From Candidatus Bathyarchaeota archaeon (GTDB lineage Archaea; Thermoproteota; Bathyarchaeia; Bathyarchaeales; Bathycorpusculaceae): 64,000 nucleotides of DNA. The notes under the pieces are model-generated. The model saw only the letters and a list, made by a program, of their open reading frames with translations, did no database searches and had not been told where the DNA came from. Of this stretch, positions 22,176 through 33,039 are shown one piece after another. Where the stretch lies: positions 320,001 to 384,000 of the forward strand of contig CAWABA010000006.1 in NCBI GenBank assembly GCA_963780185.1, written 5' to 3'. How positions within the stretch are numbered: the first letter of the stretch is position 1; each line of letters begins with the position of its first letter. A program made the position numbers and the translations under genes.

Positions 22176-22403
22176 ATGGATAATAAAAAATATCTAGATA
22201 AACTTCGAAAAACAATAAATCGGTATTATAAACGTTTTAGACCTGATAAACAACTCGCTGGACGATTGTATGAAGCAAAAGAGCATGTGCATACAATGCC
22301 GGAAGAAGGTTATACGGTACCTGACAGAGTTGACATTTTTTTGAGGCAATTGCACTTGGATAAAGGAACTGCGCCAGAAAAAACAAGTGATGCAAAAGCT
22401 TAA
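22176..22403 (+). CDS. Hypothetical protein (75 aa)
   Basis: Intact ORF with GGAG about 15 bp upstream; no recognised motif. Confidence 0.5.
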   Translation: MDNKKYLDKLRKTINRYYKRFRPDKQLAGRLYEAKEHVHTMPEEGYTVPDRVDIFLRQLHLDKGTAPEKTSDAKA

Positions 22404-22430
22404 AACTTCATAGCGTAGAATAGCGGTAAC

Positions 22431-22958
22431 ATGGCAAAGAAAAAATGGCTGTATATTGGCTGTGCTGCTGCAATAGTTTTCCTTGTAGTTTTTCTTTCAT
22501 TAATCATTTTTTTTGGTGTTCCATTGTGGTGGATAACGCCTAAACAATTATCCGTCATTAACACCGCTGGCGTGAATATTCAAATTTCCCCAGACACGCC
22601 TAAAACCTTTGGTCAGATAGTGACTATCACGGTAACTAATTCAACAGACCAAACCCCTGTTGCAGATATTCAAGTTCTGGTTATGCCTCAAGGAATGGGA
22701 ACCGTTACACTTTACACAAATTCAACAGGTCAAGCATCCTTTCAATATACCTAACAAATTACGGTAGTTCAAGTTAGCGAACCTCAAATAACTGGAGCCA
22801 CTCTTTCAGCCATGTTTGCCGTTCCCTCAAGACCAACAGCGTGGGTTAATGCCGATGGTGAAGCTTTGGGATTGGCAGCGTTTAGTTGTGGTCTAACTGC
22901 TTTTCTCGGATGGTTAATTCCACCACGCAAAGGAAAAATCAAGAGAAGAAAGAAATAA
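22431..22958 (+). pseudogene. Membrane protein with an Ig-like segment, interrupted by an in-frame TAA at 22752-22754
   Basis: The frame stays open after the TAA through a hydrophobic segment and a basic tail (KGKIKRRKK*). Confidence 0.5.
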
Positions 22959-23291
22959 TCTCAATTTGGGCTTATTTTTACGTATATGCGGTTGCAACCC
23001 TAACGGATATACCTCAAGTTGGGGATTTTGGGGATTCATCTTCAAACTTTTCCACGTTGGCTCGCAAGAAAAAGGCTTGAACTCCGACTAATTCGCAGTA
23101 AATGAAGTTTAATTCGTTTCGAAAAGTTAAAATGACGTTTAGTTTAAGGTATTTAGGGAGATAATTCTTTTTAGTTATTTTATTTTGTGTGGTGAGAATT
23201 GTTTCAGCACTACTAATGTTGGGTTATTTTCCACTTTGTTCTAAAAAGATTTATCTCTTTACAAAGAGTATGATGTCTGTCTGTGAATTAG

Positions 23292-23600
23292 ATGGCGAAA
23301 GCCAAACTTGATGAAAATGGCAGAGTGCAGATTCCCATAGAAGAAATTAAGAGACTTGGGTGGAAAAGTGGCACTGAGTTTGAACTTAAACATACAAACG
23401 ATGTTTTAGTTTTAAAGCCCATTCTTCCAAAGAAACCCGCGGTAAAGAGCCCGCCTCTATCCGCATCAGAAAAAATGGAAATAGAAGAAAGCGAAAAAGA
23501 ATTCGCCTCAAACGAAACCAAGGTTTATGACAATTCGTCTGACCTTCTCAATGCTTTGCATGCAGAAAGGCAAGAGCATAAGTTGAAAGGCGCTAAGTAG
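23292..23600 (+). CDS. AbrB/MazE/SpoVT-family antitoxin
   Basis: AKLDENGRVQIP.E.IKRLGWKSG.EFEL...LVLKP motif; acidic C-terminus; directly upstream of a toxin gene. Confidence 0.8.
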   Translation: MAKAKLDENGRVQIPIEEIKRLGWKSGTEFELKHTNDVLVLKPILPKKPAVKSPPLSASEKMEIEESEKEFASNETKVYDNSSDLLNALHAERQEHKLKGAK

Positions 23601-23609
23601 GCTACCGAT

Positions 23610-23876
23610 TTGTGGAAGGCTAAGCCGTCAAACCGTTTTAAGTCGAGTTATCGGAACTTGAGCGATGATATTGCTCAAAGAGTTGATTTGGCCCTCAAAA
23701 GCTTGTTAGAGTCGGAAAAACCTGAACGATTGGGAATCGCCAAAACTGCGAGCCGAAAAGGTTACTTTGCCTATGAGTTGGGAAGAAGCTGCAGGATTAT
23801 TTATTGTCCCGTTTATGAACAAAAAACGATTGAGCTTTTACGGGTGTGCTCGCATAAACAAGCATACAATCCATGA
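23610..23876 (+). CDS. RelE/ParE-superfamily (YafQ-like) toxin
   Basis: 88 aa, basic; SNRFKSSYRNL...CRIIY...IELLRVCSHKQAY pattern. Confidence 0.78.
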   Translation: MWKAKPSNRFKSSYRNLSDDIAQRVDLALKSLLESEKPERLGIAKTASRKGYFAYELGRSCRIIYCPVYEQKTIELLRVCSHKQAYNP

Positions 23877-23930
23877 TTAATCGCTATGTTTTATATTCAA
23901 ACGGGGGGGGGCGGGAGACTGTTTTTGCGT

Positions 23931-24014
23931 CTATTTGGTTCATCTAGATGTCCCTATTTGGATCATCTAGAAAACCGTCGGGGGGCTGGGTACGAAAATT
24001 AAAAACCGACGGGG
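23931..24014. repeat. Short direct repeats at the island edge
   Basis: CTATTTGG(T/A)TCATCTAGA at 23931 and 23954; AAAACCG(T/A)CGGGG at 23971 and 24002. Confidence 0.6.
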
Positions 24015-24161
24015 CGGCAAAGCCACGGGTCAACCTACTTGTTGTTGATGATGATGAACGAGTATTTTCCTTTTCCTAAAATTAACGGTCAGACATAACT
24101 TGACTTTATCAAATTTCTGAGCTGCAATCCAAACCTTAAACGCTCTCAAACAAAAAAGACA

Positions 24162-25163
24162 ATGCGTCAAGCGAACAAAACCCAAATATCCAGCATCAGT
24201 CTTCAAACCTCAACAGAGGCACAAAAACGCGTGGAAACCATCAGGTTTGATTACCTCAAAACATTCCTAACCGTCGCAAGAACCCACAACTTCTCAGCTG
24301 CCGCCAAGGAGCTTGGAACAAGCCAAGGCACCGTAAGCCACCACGTAGCCGCGTTAGAGGAGTACTTTGACGCTGAACTATTCAAACGAACAGCAAACGG
24401 CGTAGAAGTCACCGCCGCAGGGTTGACGTTGAAGGAAACTGCGGAAAAAATGCTTCAAGCAGCCCAAGAAGCAAAAGCCAAAATTTCGTCAGCTAAGCAA
24501 AACCTTTCGGGCACAATTAGAATTGCCGCAAGCACGGTGCCAGAGCAGCATCTGATTCCCAGCTTAATCGCTGGGTTTCAGAAGCGGCATCCTGAAGTGA
24601 AGTTCAAAATAAAAGCTCAAGACAGCCTCACCAGCTTGGGCAGCCTTGAAGCCGACGATGTTGATTTTGCCGCTGTTGGAACAATGCAGGGTTATTCTGA
24701 AAAGTTCGATTTCGTTCAAGTAGGCGAAGAAGAATTGGTCCTTATCGTGCCATGCAACCACGAATTAGCCGACAAAAAAACTGTTAAGCTTTCTGAATTG
24801 GCGAAGTACCCTTTCATGAGCCGTGAAGAGACGTCTGGGACCAGAAAAGAGGTTGAGCGCCTGCTTGAAGAAAGCGGGTTCCCAGTTGAACGGTTGAAGA
24901 TGGGGCTAGAGCTCGGCAGCACGGAATCAATAATAACTGCTGTTTCAGAAGGGCGAGGCATAAGCGTTGTCGGCTCTATCGCGGCGATTAAGGCTCAGTC
25001 TGCGGGTTTGGTGAAAATTGTTAAGATTAAGGAAGCGAAAAACCCAAGAAAGCTCTACATTGTGAGGCCGAAAAGGCCGCTTGTGAAAATCGCTGAAGCC
25101 TTCTGGGATTTTTGCAAAGGCTACACATTCAAAAATGAAGCCGTATCATGCGCCACAAACTAA
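24162..25163 (+). CDS. LysR-family regulator resembling the selenium-metabolism-associated/CysL type (start possibly GTG 24231)
   Basis: YLKTFLTVARTHNFSAAAKELGTSQGTVSHHV HTH; IAASTVP, SREETSGTRK and ELGSTESIITAV motifs. Confidence 0.88.
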   Translation: MRQANKTQISSISLQTSTEAQKRVETIRFDYLKTFLTVARTHNFSAAAKELGTSQGTVSHHVAALEEYFDAELFKRTANGVEVTAAGLTLKETAEKMLQAAQEAKAKISSAKQNLSGTIRIAASTVPEQHLIPSLIAGFQKRHPEVKFKIKAQDSLTSLGSLEADDVDFAAVGTMQGYSEKFDFVQVGEEELVLIVPCNHELADKKTVKLSELAKYPFMSREETSGTRKEVERLLEESGFPVERLKMGLELGSTESIITAVSEGRGISVVGSIAAIKAQSAGLVKIVKIKEAKNPRKLYIVRPKRPLVKIAEAFWDFCKGYTFKNEAVSCATN

Positions 25164-25184
25164 AAAGGCGTAACTGGGCTCTTT

Positions 25185-25505
25185 TTAGTAGTCTAGCTTT
25201 ACCCAGATTTTTCCTTCTTTAATTATCCACTCGTACTTCGTCAGCTTCATCAACGGCTCCTCGTCATATTCGCCTGTTATAAGGTCAAAATGCCAATCGT
25301 GGCAAGGACAAACAATTACCCCGCGCTCCAAGGTTCCTCCGGAGAAGCCGCAGCCTTGATGCGGGCATCGATTATCAATCGCGAAAATTTGACCAGACTG
25401 CTTAATGAGTAGGATTGGTGTGCCTTCAACTGAAACAAGCTTCATCGTGCCCTCTTTGAGTTCTCTTTCATCTAATGCGGGAAAGAAATCCTCCATCTTT
25501 CTCAA
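25185..25505 (-). CDS. Rieske [2Fe-2S] ferredoxin
   Basis: NRCPHQGC and VCPCHDWHFDL motifs. Confidence 0.9.
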   Translation of the reverse strand: MRKMEDFFPALDERELKEGTMKLVSVEGTPILLIKQSGQIFAIDNRCPHQGCGFSGGTLERGVIVCPCHDWHFDLITGEYDEEPLMKLTKYEWIIKEGKIWVKLDY

Positions 25506-25590
25506 CTTCTGCCTTTGTTGAAATGTTACTTGTTAATTATGAGATAAGTTTTGTGGTTTCAGCTTGTACCGCTAAATACTTGTTAAATTC

Positions 25591-26772
25591 TTAAAAGGAC
25601 ATTAGATTCTTGGATACTCCAACAAGCTTAGTAAAGTTACATAGAATGTTTGTGTAGTGAGCGTTTGCAAGCGGGCACCCACAGTTCTTACCTCTAATGT
25701 ACTTTCTAATTTCGTTAGCCCTTTTTGAGTGCCAAATTTTCTTGAATTCGTAATCGACTTCACGGAGATTCCCCATAGGCTTGTCGTATCCAAGGATACA
25801 GCATGGCCATACATCTCCAAACGGAGTAATCTGGCATGACGCATACCCGGCATAACAAGGTATAACTTGCCTGCTTTCCCGAAGTACTTGAGTAGCAACC
25901 TGGTAATATTCAAGACGGAAGCACTGTGTCAACTTTGAAACGTTCTTTTTAGAATGTAGGTAGTCATTCCGAATATGCTTAGACAATTCGTCGGCAAACT
26001 TTGTGTAGGCGTCCGCATCTGGGGTAATGTCATCCTCCAAATTAAAAAGTTCAGTTCTATGCTCAGCAACCTCTGTAATATACGAGTCAGGCTCAAGCGT
26101 TTTAGCAAACTCGTAGACGTCAACTGCATCGCTGATGTTATATTTTGAAATAACAGTGTGAATTCCAACCTGAAAACGCGGAAACTCCTCTTTTAGTTTT
26201 CTTACTCGTTCGTAAGTGTCTAAAACTTTTTCGAAGTTTCCAGGAACACCTCGAATTTTCTCATGCTTTTCTCCCACTCCATCAAGAGAGAGATTCAAAG
26301 TGAGATTCGTGTCGAAACTCTTTTCAAGCATTTTTCTGACTTGACTTTCAATCGTTGAAGAAAGCAAGCCGTTAGATGGAATGTTCACGACGGCTGGGTG
26401 GCAATGTTCACATAGAGCCTCAAATATTTGAGACAAATCTCGTCTCAAGAAGGGCTCGCCGCCACTGATCGTGACCCATAAGACTTTTCCTCCGAAGTTC
26501 TGAAAGGTTTGCTCGAACTCTTCAGTCTTGAACTCTTGAGCCTTTAATTCTTGATGGTTGCTGTAGCGTCTCCAGATTGAGCATGTTTTGCATCTTGAAT
26601 TGCATTGATTCGTAACGCTTACGGTCAAGCTTAAAGGCAAGGCTGGTTTGAAACCAATAAGTCTAGATGACTTATAGTCTACAATTCTCGGGGCCAACTC
26701 AAGTGCAGTTCCAATCATCGTTATCCTCTTTTGAAAGTTAACTTGGGGTTTCCGCTGCCTGCCTAACTGCAA
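25591..26772 (-). CDS. Radical SAM protein with SPASM/twitch domain
   Basis: CNSRCKTC, SGGEPFLR and SLDG motifs; CYAG...GDVWPCC...C.CP C-terminal Cys. Confidence 0.9.
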   Translation of the reverse strand: MQLGRQRKPQVNFQKRITMIGTALELAPRIVDYKSSRLIGFKPALPLSLTVSVTNQCNSRCKTCSIWRRYSNHQELKAQEFKTEEFEQTFQNFGGKVLWVTISGGEPFLRRDLSQIFEALCEHCHPAVVNIPSNGLLSSTIESQVRKMLEKSFDTNLTLNLSLDGVGEKHEKIRGVPGNFEKVLDTYERVRKLKEEFPRFQVGIHTVISKYNISDAVDVYEFAKTLEPDSYITEVAEHRTELFNLEDDITPDADAYTKFADELSKHIRNDYLHSKKNVSKLTQCFRLEYYQVATQVLRESRQVIPCYAGYASCQITPFGDVWPCCILGYDKPMGNLREVDYEFKKIWHSKRANEIRKYIRGKNCGCPLANAHYTNILCNFTKLVGVSKNLMSF

Positions 26773-27772
26773 AGGGTTCTATTTTAGAAAGTAACATACT
26801 TTCAGAAGCGATCTGAAGACTCTTCGTTGTCTTAACCATCTTCCACTTTATAGGCAAATGATGCCTGGCGAAGTCCCATTTGGCTAGTAGAAACGCTATC
26901 CCTTGCAGAAAAATGAAACCCACGGCGTAGGCTCTTCCTTTGACGCCTCTGAAGGGACATGCATTTAATATGTCCTTCCACATAGGCACCTTCATCGTTG
27001 AAATCTTCCTGCCAACTAACAACTCAAGTTGTTTGTACCCGACGAATACCCTTCTTCGTTGAGTGATAAAATCTCGTGCAGTTGAAGGACCCTTCAAAAG
27101 GACCTCTGCTTCGGGGCAATACGCTATTCCACGTTTTTTCATCTCGGCAAGAGTCTGAATGTAAGCATCATCGTTAATAATTGCGGGCGGCAATTCACGT
27201 ATAATTCTTGTTTTGAACGCCATTAATTCTCCGCTTATTTTTGGGACTTCAAGTGAGCTTTGATGATGAAGATTCCAAAGTAGATGCGAGCAGAAACCCA
27301 TGAAATTGTTGGGATCATCAACTGGAATCGGACGTGCTCCCACTATGTCCACGTCTTCTGTCTTTAGCATATTTATGAGACGAACTAACGCCTTTTGACA
27401 TGGAATGTTATCGCCGCCGGTGTAGACTACGCAATCATAGTTTTCCGATTCCGCAAGAAGTATATTCAGCGCCGAAGCTTTTCCGTTTCTTTCCGGTTCA
27501 ATAATAAGTTTGATTCTTGCATCGATCTGAGAATAAGACCTGACAATGTCGTTAGTTCTATCGGTGGAACCCGAAGAAACTATGCATATGGTTTCAATTT
27601 CTTTGGGAGAAGACTTGATCAAGTTTTCTATCAAGTTGCCTATATTCTGCTCTTCGTTGGAGACAGCGATTCCAACCATCATGCTCAAAGTCGGTAAGGC
27701 ATGAATGATTGCCTTCGTTTGCAAACAGGAACCGTTTTCGTCAAAATCCGAAAGTACAGGAATAGCGGTCAT
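26738..27772 (-). CDS. GT2 glycosyltransferase with C-terminal TM (start uncertain, ORF extends to 27847)
   Basis: NEEQNI, GSTDRT, GKASALN, SGELMAF, INDD and QRRR motifs. Confidence 0.85.
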   Translation of the reverse strand: MTAIPVLSDFDENGSCLQTKAIIHALPTLSMMVGIAVSNEEQNIGNLIENLIKSSPKEIETICIVSSGSTDRTNDIVRSYSQIDARIKLIIEPERNGKASALNILLAESENYDCVVYTGGDNIPCQKALVRLINMLKTEDVDIVGARPIPVDDPNNFMGFCSHLLWNLHHQSSLEVPKISGELMAFKTRIIRELPPAIINDDAYIQTLAEMKKRGIAYCPEAEVLLKGPSTARDFITQRRRVFVGYKQLELLVGRKISTMKVPMWKDILNACPFRGVKGRAYAVGFIFLQGIAFLLAKWDFARHHLPIKWKMVKTTKSLQIASESMLLSKIEPFAVRQAAETPS

Positions 27773-27776
27773 TAGG

Positions 27777-28736
27777 TCACCATCTCGAAATATTTTTAAT
27801 ACTTGAACAGTCGTAATTCTGCTCCGCAAACCTTGATGACTCGCCAATATGCCTTGAATTTGCTTCTCTAATTGCTGTGCGAAGAGGTTTTATTCCTATC
27901 CAAAGAGAATTCGTCACCCTAATCGTTGAGGCTTGGCCAACTGACAGAATGGTTAGCCAAATTCTTGCGATGAAGGAGTTTTCCAAAGTTTTGACGAATT
28001 CCAAAATTGCGCAGGAGCCAAGTTTTGATTTTCCATGTTTTCTTTCTTGAAAGATTATTGGGGTTTCAGCTATTTGGCAGCCAGCGTTTCGGCAGTGGTG
28101 AAGCATGTCTATTTGGAATGCATAGTCGTTTGTTCTTATTTTTGAAAGATCAATTGTTCTCAAAGCATATGATTCATAAGCGCGAAACCCACTTGTGGCA
28201 TCTTTGACATTTAGTCCTGCGAAAAGAATTGCCATTGCATTAGCTGATTTGCTAATGAGACGCCTCATTGGAGCCCACTCTTTTCCTACTGCGCCTCCTT
28301 TGATGTAACGTGATCCTATGGCTACGTCAAACCCTTCCTCTATCTTTCTAAGTAGCCTCGGGACATACTCAGGTTCATGCGAAAGGTCTCCGTCCATCTC
28401 CATTACTACGGTGATTTCGGGGTCCTTCAGCAGAAATTGAAAAGCGTCTTTGTAGGCGCTTCCTAACCCAAGTTTTCCTGGTCTGTGAATTACAGAAATG
28501 TTGCTGTTTGATTGTGCGAGGCTATCTGCAAGCTCTCCTGTTCCATCGGTGCTTTTATCGTCAACTATTACTATGCGACCGCAGATTTTGTTGCTGTCGA
28601 AAACTTTAAGCAGACGCTCAATAAGAGGTTGAAGATTTGCTTTTTCATTGTAAGTTGGTATGGCAATGCCAACCTTCATGTGTGGAAACGCTAAATTAAC
28701 TGTAGGTTCTAATTTCATGCCTGAGCTTGTTTGCAT
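27777..28736 (-). CDS. Polyprenol-phosphate glycosyltransferase (Dpm1-like GT2)
   Basis: IPTYNEKANL, VDDKSTDGT, KLGLGSAY, MDGDLSH, GSRY, DATSGFRAY and FQERKHGKSKL motifs. Confidence 0.9.
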   Translation of the reverse strand: MQTSSGMKLEPTVNLAFPHMKVGIAIPTYNEKANLQPLIERLLKVFDSNKICGRIVIVDDKSTDGTGELADSLAQSNSNISVIHRPGKLGLGSAYKDAFQFLLKDPEITVVMEMDGDLSHEPEYVPRLLRKIEEGFDVAIGSRYIKGGAVGKEWAPMRRLISKSANAMAILFAGLNVKDATSGFRAYESYALRTIDLSKIRTNDYAFQIDMLHHCRNAGCQIAETPIIFQERKHGKSKLGSCAILEFVKTLENSFIARIWLTILSVGQASTIRVTNSLWIGIKPLRTAIREANSRHIGESSRFAEQNYDCSSIKNISRW

Positions 28737-28954
28737 TCGTTAGCCTTCTTGCGTGAAGGTCTCTTGTCAAAATTGTTATTAGTGGACTTGTGTGTTATCG
28801 TCTGCGACAGACAAAAGAAAAGACTGGTTAACTCAAACAAGTTATTTACCCGTTTCTTTCAAACACATCATTTTTTGTGAGGCATACACTTACACTCGCG
28901 TTTTTTATGCTTTGAGTTATCTTGTTTCCAAATCAATTGGTTGGCGCATTTTCA

Positions 28955-31742
28955 TCACTTGGTAAATATCGCTGTGTAGCTGAGTGTGTTTCCTTCGGCA
29001 GTGATCAATTCTACTGTGTACTGCGTACCATCAGTGAAATTACCCGAAATGGGCGTAATATCAACGGATAAAGAAGTGCCATGAGCAATGTCAAAACTAC
29101 CGTTTGATACTAAGTTAGCATTGTTTCCATCTATCTTTGCACTTTGTATTGTTAAATTATTTGTTCCGGTATTTTGGACAGTAGCGATAACCCTGTGATT
29201 ATTTGCAAAATTCAGGTTTGTTATTGATGCTTGTTCTGTGGAAATAACGGCGGTGGGTAAACAAGTAACTGCTGTATTATTGTTTGTCATTAGGTAGAAT
29301 GTGTTTTCGCATCTTATGACGGCAAAGCTGCATGAGGTTTCGTAATAGCTTTGGCTTACAATATTGCTAACATCATCTAAAAATGACTTTTCTGAAATAT
29401 TCGTTGTAGATACTTTGCCGTCTGCTAAGACTTGTTTAAACAATGTTTGGTTATTCATGCGTTGGAAATTTAAAGCGATGGACGAATCAGTTGGTACCAT
29501 ATCCCTTATCTGTAACTCGAATGAGTCAGCTGTGGCAGTAGAATTTTGACTACATACGTTGGGGTTTTCGTATATACCATAGTTCCCGTAGGTAGCCACA
29601 AGAATCCAGTTCTGAGTGATCCAGTTTCTTGGAGCGCCAATATCGATATCATAAAATGGATTCAAGTCATATTTTTCCCAAAATGGGTCCGCTACTGCAT
29701 ACTTGGCTTCCTGTACGGTTGCATTGGTAACAAATTGGTCGTCTCTAGGATCGCATTTTAATTGAAATACGAAGATAGATTCGCAATACACAATATCGTT
29801 TTTCTCCACGTGTGCGTTAAGAAAGTTGATAACGCTTCGCTGATTTTGGCTAATGTCTGAAGTTAGCGGTGAATACGCTGTGCCATTTGTTGAGATCATT
29901 TGATAATCCTGATACGCCACCACGCCAGAAACTGCTACTACAAAAATCAAAGCTAAAACTAAAAGTAATGATTTTAAATCCGTGTGAATTTCGAATTTTT
30001 TATTTAGACGCTCCGCGACTAGGGCTAACGATGCGAATAGAACAAGAAGCAACAGAAATGCCTCAAGATCTGTTGTTGGCAATGCGTAGGCGGGATATGC
30101 TTGGTCGTAAAAGAGAATAAAAAACGCAAATAGAAATATCCCGAGTAATCGAGTTCTATTACCTTGAAAAGTTTTGGCCATGAAAAGCCCGGATGCTATT
30201 GCGAGGAAGCCGCATACTGGCAAGAATAAATAACTGCCCGTGTAACCTGAAACATATTGAAGAGATAACATTATTAGAAAAGGCACTAAAATGAAAACGT
30301 ACTTCTTTTCGCGCGAACTAGCGAGGTAAATTAGAGAAATAACCCCTAAAAATGCGAAACTGGCACTCATTTGCCATTGTTGAAGAAATGCCCACGTTAC
30401 ATCTATAAGGGTGCTTAGTGGCGTACTTGTTATTCCAGTGCTTGCAAACGCACGCAGGTTATACTCTTGAACTAAATCTGCTGGATTTAGGTATAAAACA
30501 ATTCCGTACCATCCGAGAGGAAGAAGCATTGAAAAAAACGCAAAACCTAAGATTTTCTTTTTACTTCCCCATTGGTTATAAACAAGTAGAATAATCACTG
30601 CCGCAAACACTATCATGACCGAGGTAATTTTGCACAAAACGCCAAGTCCAAGACTGAGCGCTAAAGCGCCCAGCATTATCTTTGAGGTTTTTTTCTCAAT
30701 AATGACAGTATACAGTAGGAGCATGGATAAAAGGGAAAAAAATTCCACGCCTACGTCAAGAAAAACGCTTCTTTCATAGTAAACGGCGAAGAAAAAGATC
30801 GCATAAAATAGTGAAGACAACGTTCCGGCTGAGTCTGCCAGACATTTTTCTGCCCAGCACATAGACTATTATTGTGCTTCCAACCCCAAATATTGCAGGT
30901 ACAATTCTTGCATTAACTATGTTGTTACCAAAAGTTAGCGATAATCCCACTAAAAATGAGAAAAAGGGGTATAGAGATACGGTTGCCTGTGGGTTTTCTC
31001 TAAAGTTGTCCATTAGAATGTTTTTGCCGAGGGTAGACCAAGTTCCTTCATCGATGTACCATGCGGGAAAACTTCCCAAGTTATACAGCCTGAGAAAAGC
31101 GGCTAAAAATACTATGAAAATGAAAACTAACAGATCCAGTTTTTTATTTTCCTTTAGAAACCTCAAAATAGCATTCGCTTTGTCGTCAAGTGACTTCAAA
31201 AAATCTGCAATTTTCGAAGGCGCGGAACTCAAGGTATTTTTCATGTGTGTTGTGTCACTAAATGTCAGGCGCGGCCCAACCAAATATGCTGCCAAAAGCC
31301 CAACGAAAGCATAAGACAAGCCGCTTATACTGATCAGTTGAATCCCAACAAACTGGGCGCAAGAGTATTCATGCCACTTGTAAATTGGCGACATCACGTC
31401 AGAAGTGTAGGTCCGCATGTAGCCAATTACTATTGGAGTAGAATAAGTCATAATAATGCCAAACAACATGGCGATAAACCCGAAAACGCACCCGATTAAG
31501 CCTCGCAGTTTGCTGTTACCATTGGTTAGGGCGCCGAATCCTAATCCTCCAAGTACCCCGCAAAGGACAAGGGCTGAAAAATAGACGTCGTGTGAAAACG
31601 AAGTAATTGCGCGCATCAGCAAACCCGAAAGAAGCACGCCCAGGGCTCCGCCGAATATGCCCAAATGCAAATATCTGATGTCTTTTTCCTTTTCGGGTGA
31701 ACTTGCGTTCGAAGTTTCAATGTTCGGCATATCATCATGCAA
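28955..31742 (-). CDS. ArnT/PMT-family (GT-C) glycosyltransferase with an extra N-terminal membrane domain and a C-terminal pilin/Ig-like domain (frameshift near 30840)
   Basis: FLRLYNLG...WYIDEG, YPFFS, ARIVPAIFG and LGVLCKIT motifs; many TM helices; C-terminal beta domain. Confidence 0.8.
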
Positions 31743-32110
31743 ATCGTCGTTTTTCGCGTTCGCTGAAAAATCAGCATCTTTTGCTCTACGATTCTTAACT
31801 AAATCGGATTTTTCCGTTTTTATTACTTCCGAACGAAGTCTTCTTGAGTTCCCCTATTCGCATCTGACTTCTATAACAATTAGTGTGTTGGGTAGGATGC
31901 ACACAATTTATTGCTTGTATTTTCCCTGACGAATGAGCCGGTAAACCACGTGGAAACTTGATTCAAGAGCCCAAAAAGTCTCTTAATCACCGCAGTCTTC
32001 CATAAAATAACAAAACATCGTAAATTTCCGTGCACCCGCAAATTAATATCAGAACAAAGAATTCTAGGCTTTTTTACTTGACTCTGAATTCAGTGTTCCG
32101 AACTGTAATG

Positions 32111-32137
32111 TGAATTCTGGATTCATAATTATTATAT
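32111..32137 (+). promoter_or_regulatory. Shared promoter/operator element, copy A (TGAATTCTGGATTCATAATTATTATAT)
   Basis: 24/27 identity with 35529..35555; TGAA-N7-TTCA inverted repeat next to a TATA-like tract. Confidence 0.65.
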
Positions 32138-32181
32138 TCAATTTTAATGTAAAAACTCTAAAATGTCAATAAAGGAGATAG

Positions 32182-33021
32182 GTGTCAAATTTGGAAAAAT
32201 CAAAAGATCATGTTCATGCTTCCCAAGTCGAGGAATTAATGGACAACGAAAAGATTTTGATAACCGTCGGATCAGATTTTGCAAAAAGAAAAATTTCTAG
32301 GAAGATTCCTACTGAGGAACAGATTGCTCTCTGGGAGCTGCAGAAAGGAAAGAGGCCATACAATGGTATGGGAAACCTCTTTCGCCAATACTCTCAATAT
32401 TTACTCATGCAAAAATGGGAAGCCAACTACAATCTTAAATCTGCACTTGAAGTGCCTTTTGACCATGCCACTGATGGAATCGACGGAAACATTCTCTCAT
32501 GCTATCATGACGTCTGTGTAAACGCGGACGAAACCGGCACTCAAGGCATGCTTAAGAGTATGAATAAAATTAAAGCCGAAAGCTATGATTTTGTTTGGAA
32601 CTTTGGGTTCCTTCAGCGAGAACCAATTTTAATTAACGAAATGAAAAGAATTAGCAAAAGATACGTGGCAGCGTTCGTGCCAAACTACGTAAACCCTGGA
32701 ACAATAGTTCATAAGTTTTATCACTCGGTCTATGGTGGCGTTTGTGTTCATCCTGAACGAGGAGATAAACGGTTCATGTGTATTCACGGTTTGGAAGAAT
32801 TTTTTAAGAATGCTGGGATGCGAATCACGGAATCGGGATACGTGGATTTACCTCCCTTCTTCGATACGGTTGTAACCGTCAAAGAACTTTTTGGTTCAAA
32901 GGGGCATAGGGACGTTTTAAAGATTCCAATTAATGTCAAGGGTTTACTTCCATTCGAACGCATTTCGTTCCCGAAGCGGATTCTCGCCCATCACTGCTAT
33001 GTGGTTGCTGAAAAACAATAG
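32182..33021 (+). CDS. Degenerate class I SAM-methyltransferase-like protein
   Basis: SYDFVWNF, INEMKRISKRYVAAFVPN and GYVDLPPF segments; canonical GxGxG motif not evident. Confidence 0.5.
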   Translation: MSNLEKSKDHVHASQVEELMDNEKILITVGSDFAKRKISRKIPTEEQIALWELQKGKRPYNGMGNLFRQYSQYLLMQKWEANYNLKSALEVPFDHATDGIDGNILSCYHDVCVNADETGTQGMLKSMNKIKAESYDFVWNFGFLQREPILINEMKRISKRYVAAFVPNYVNPGTIVHKFYHSVYGGVCVHPERGDKRFMCIHGLEEFFKNAGMRITESGYVDLPPFFDTVVTVKELFGSKGHRDVLKIPINVKGLLPFERISFPKRILAHHCYVVAEKQ

Positions 33022-33039
33022 GCGACGGAAAGACGGAAA

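Noticed and set aside
23931-24014. CRISPR array
   Set aside because: Only two copies of each short repeat with 5-18 bp between them; no cas genes
24038-24054. 17-bp reverse-complement match to 56951..56967 in the HTH gene, considered as an att site or relic
   Set aside because: Low-complexity trinucleotide sequence; a chance match is plausible
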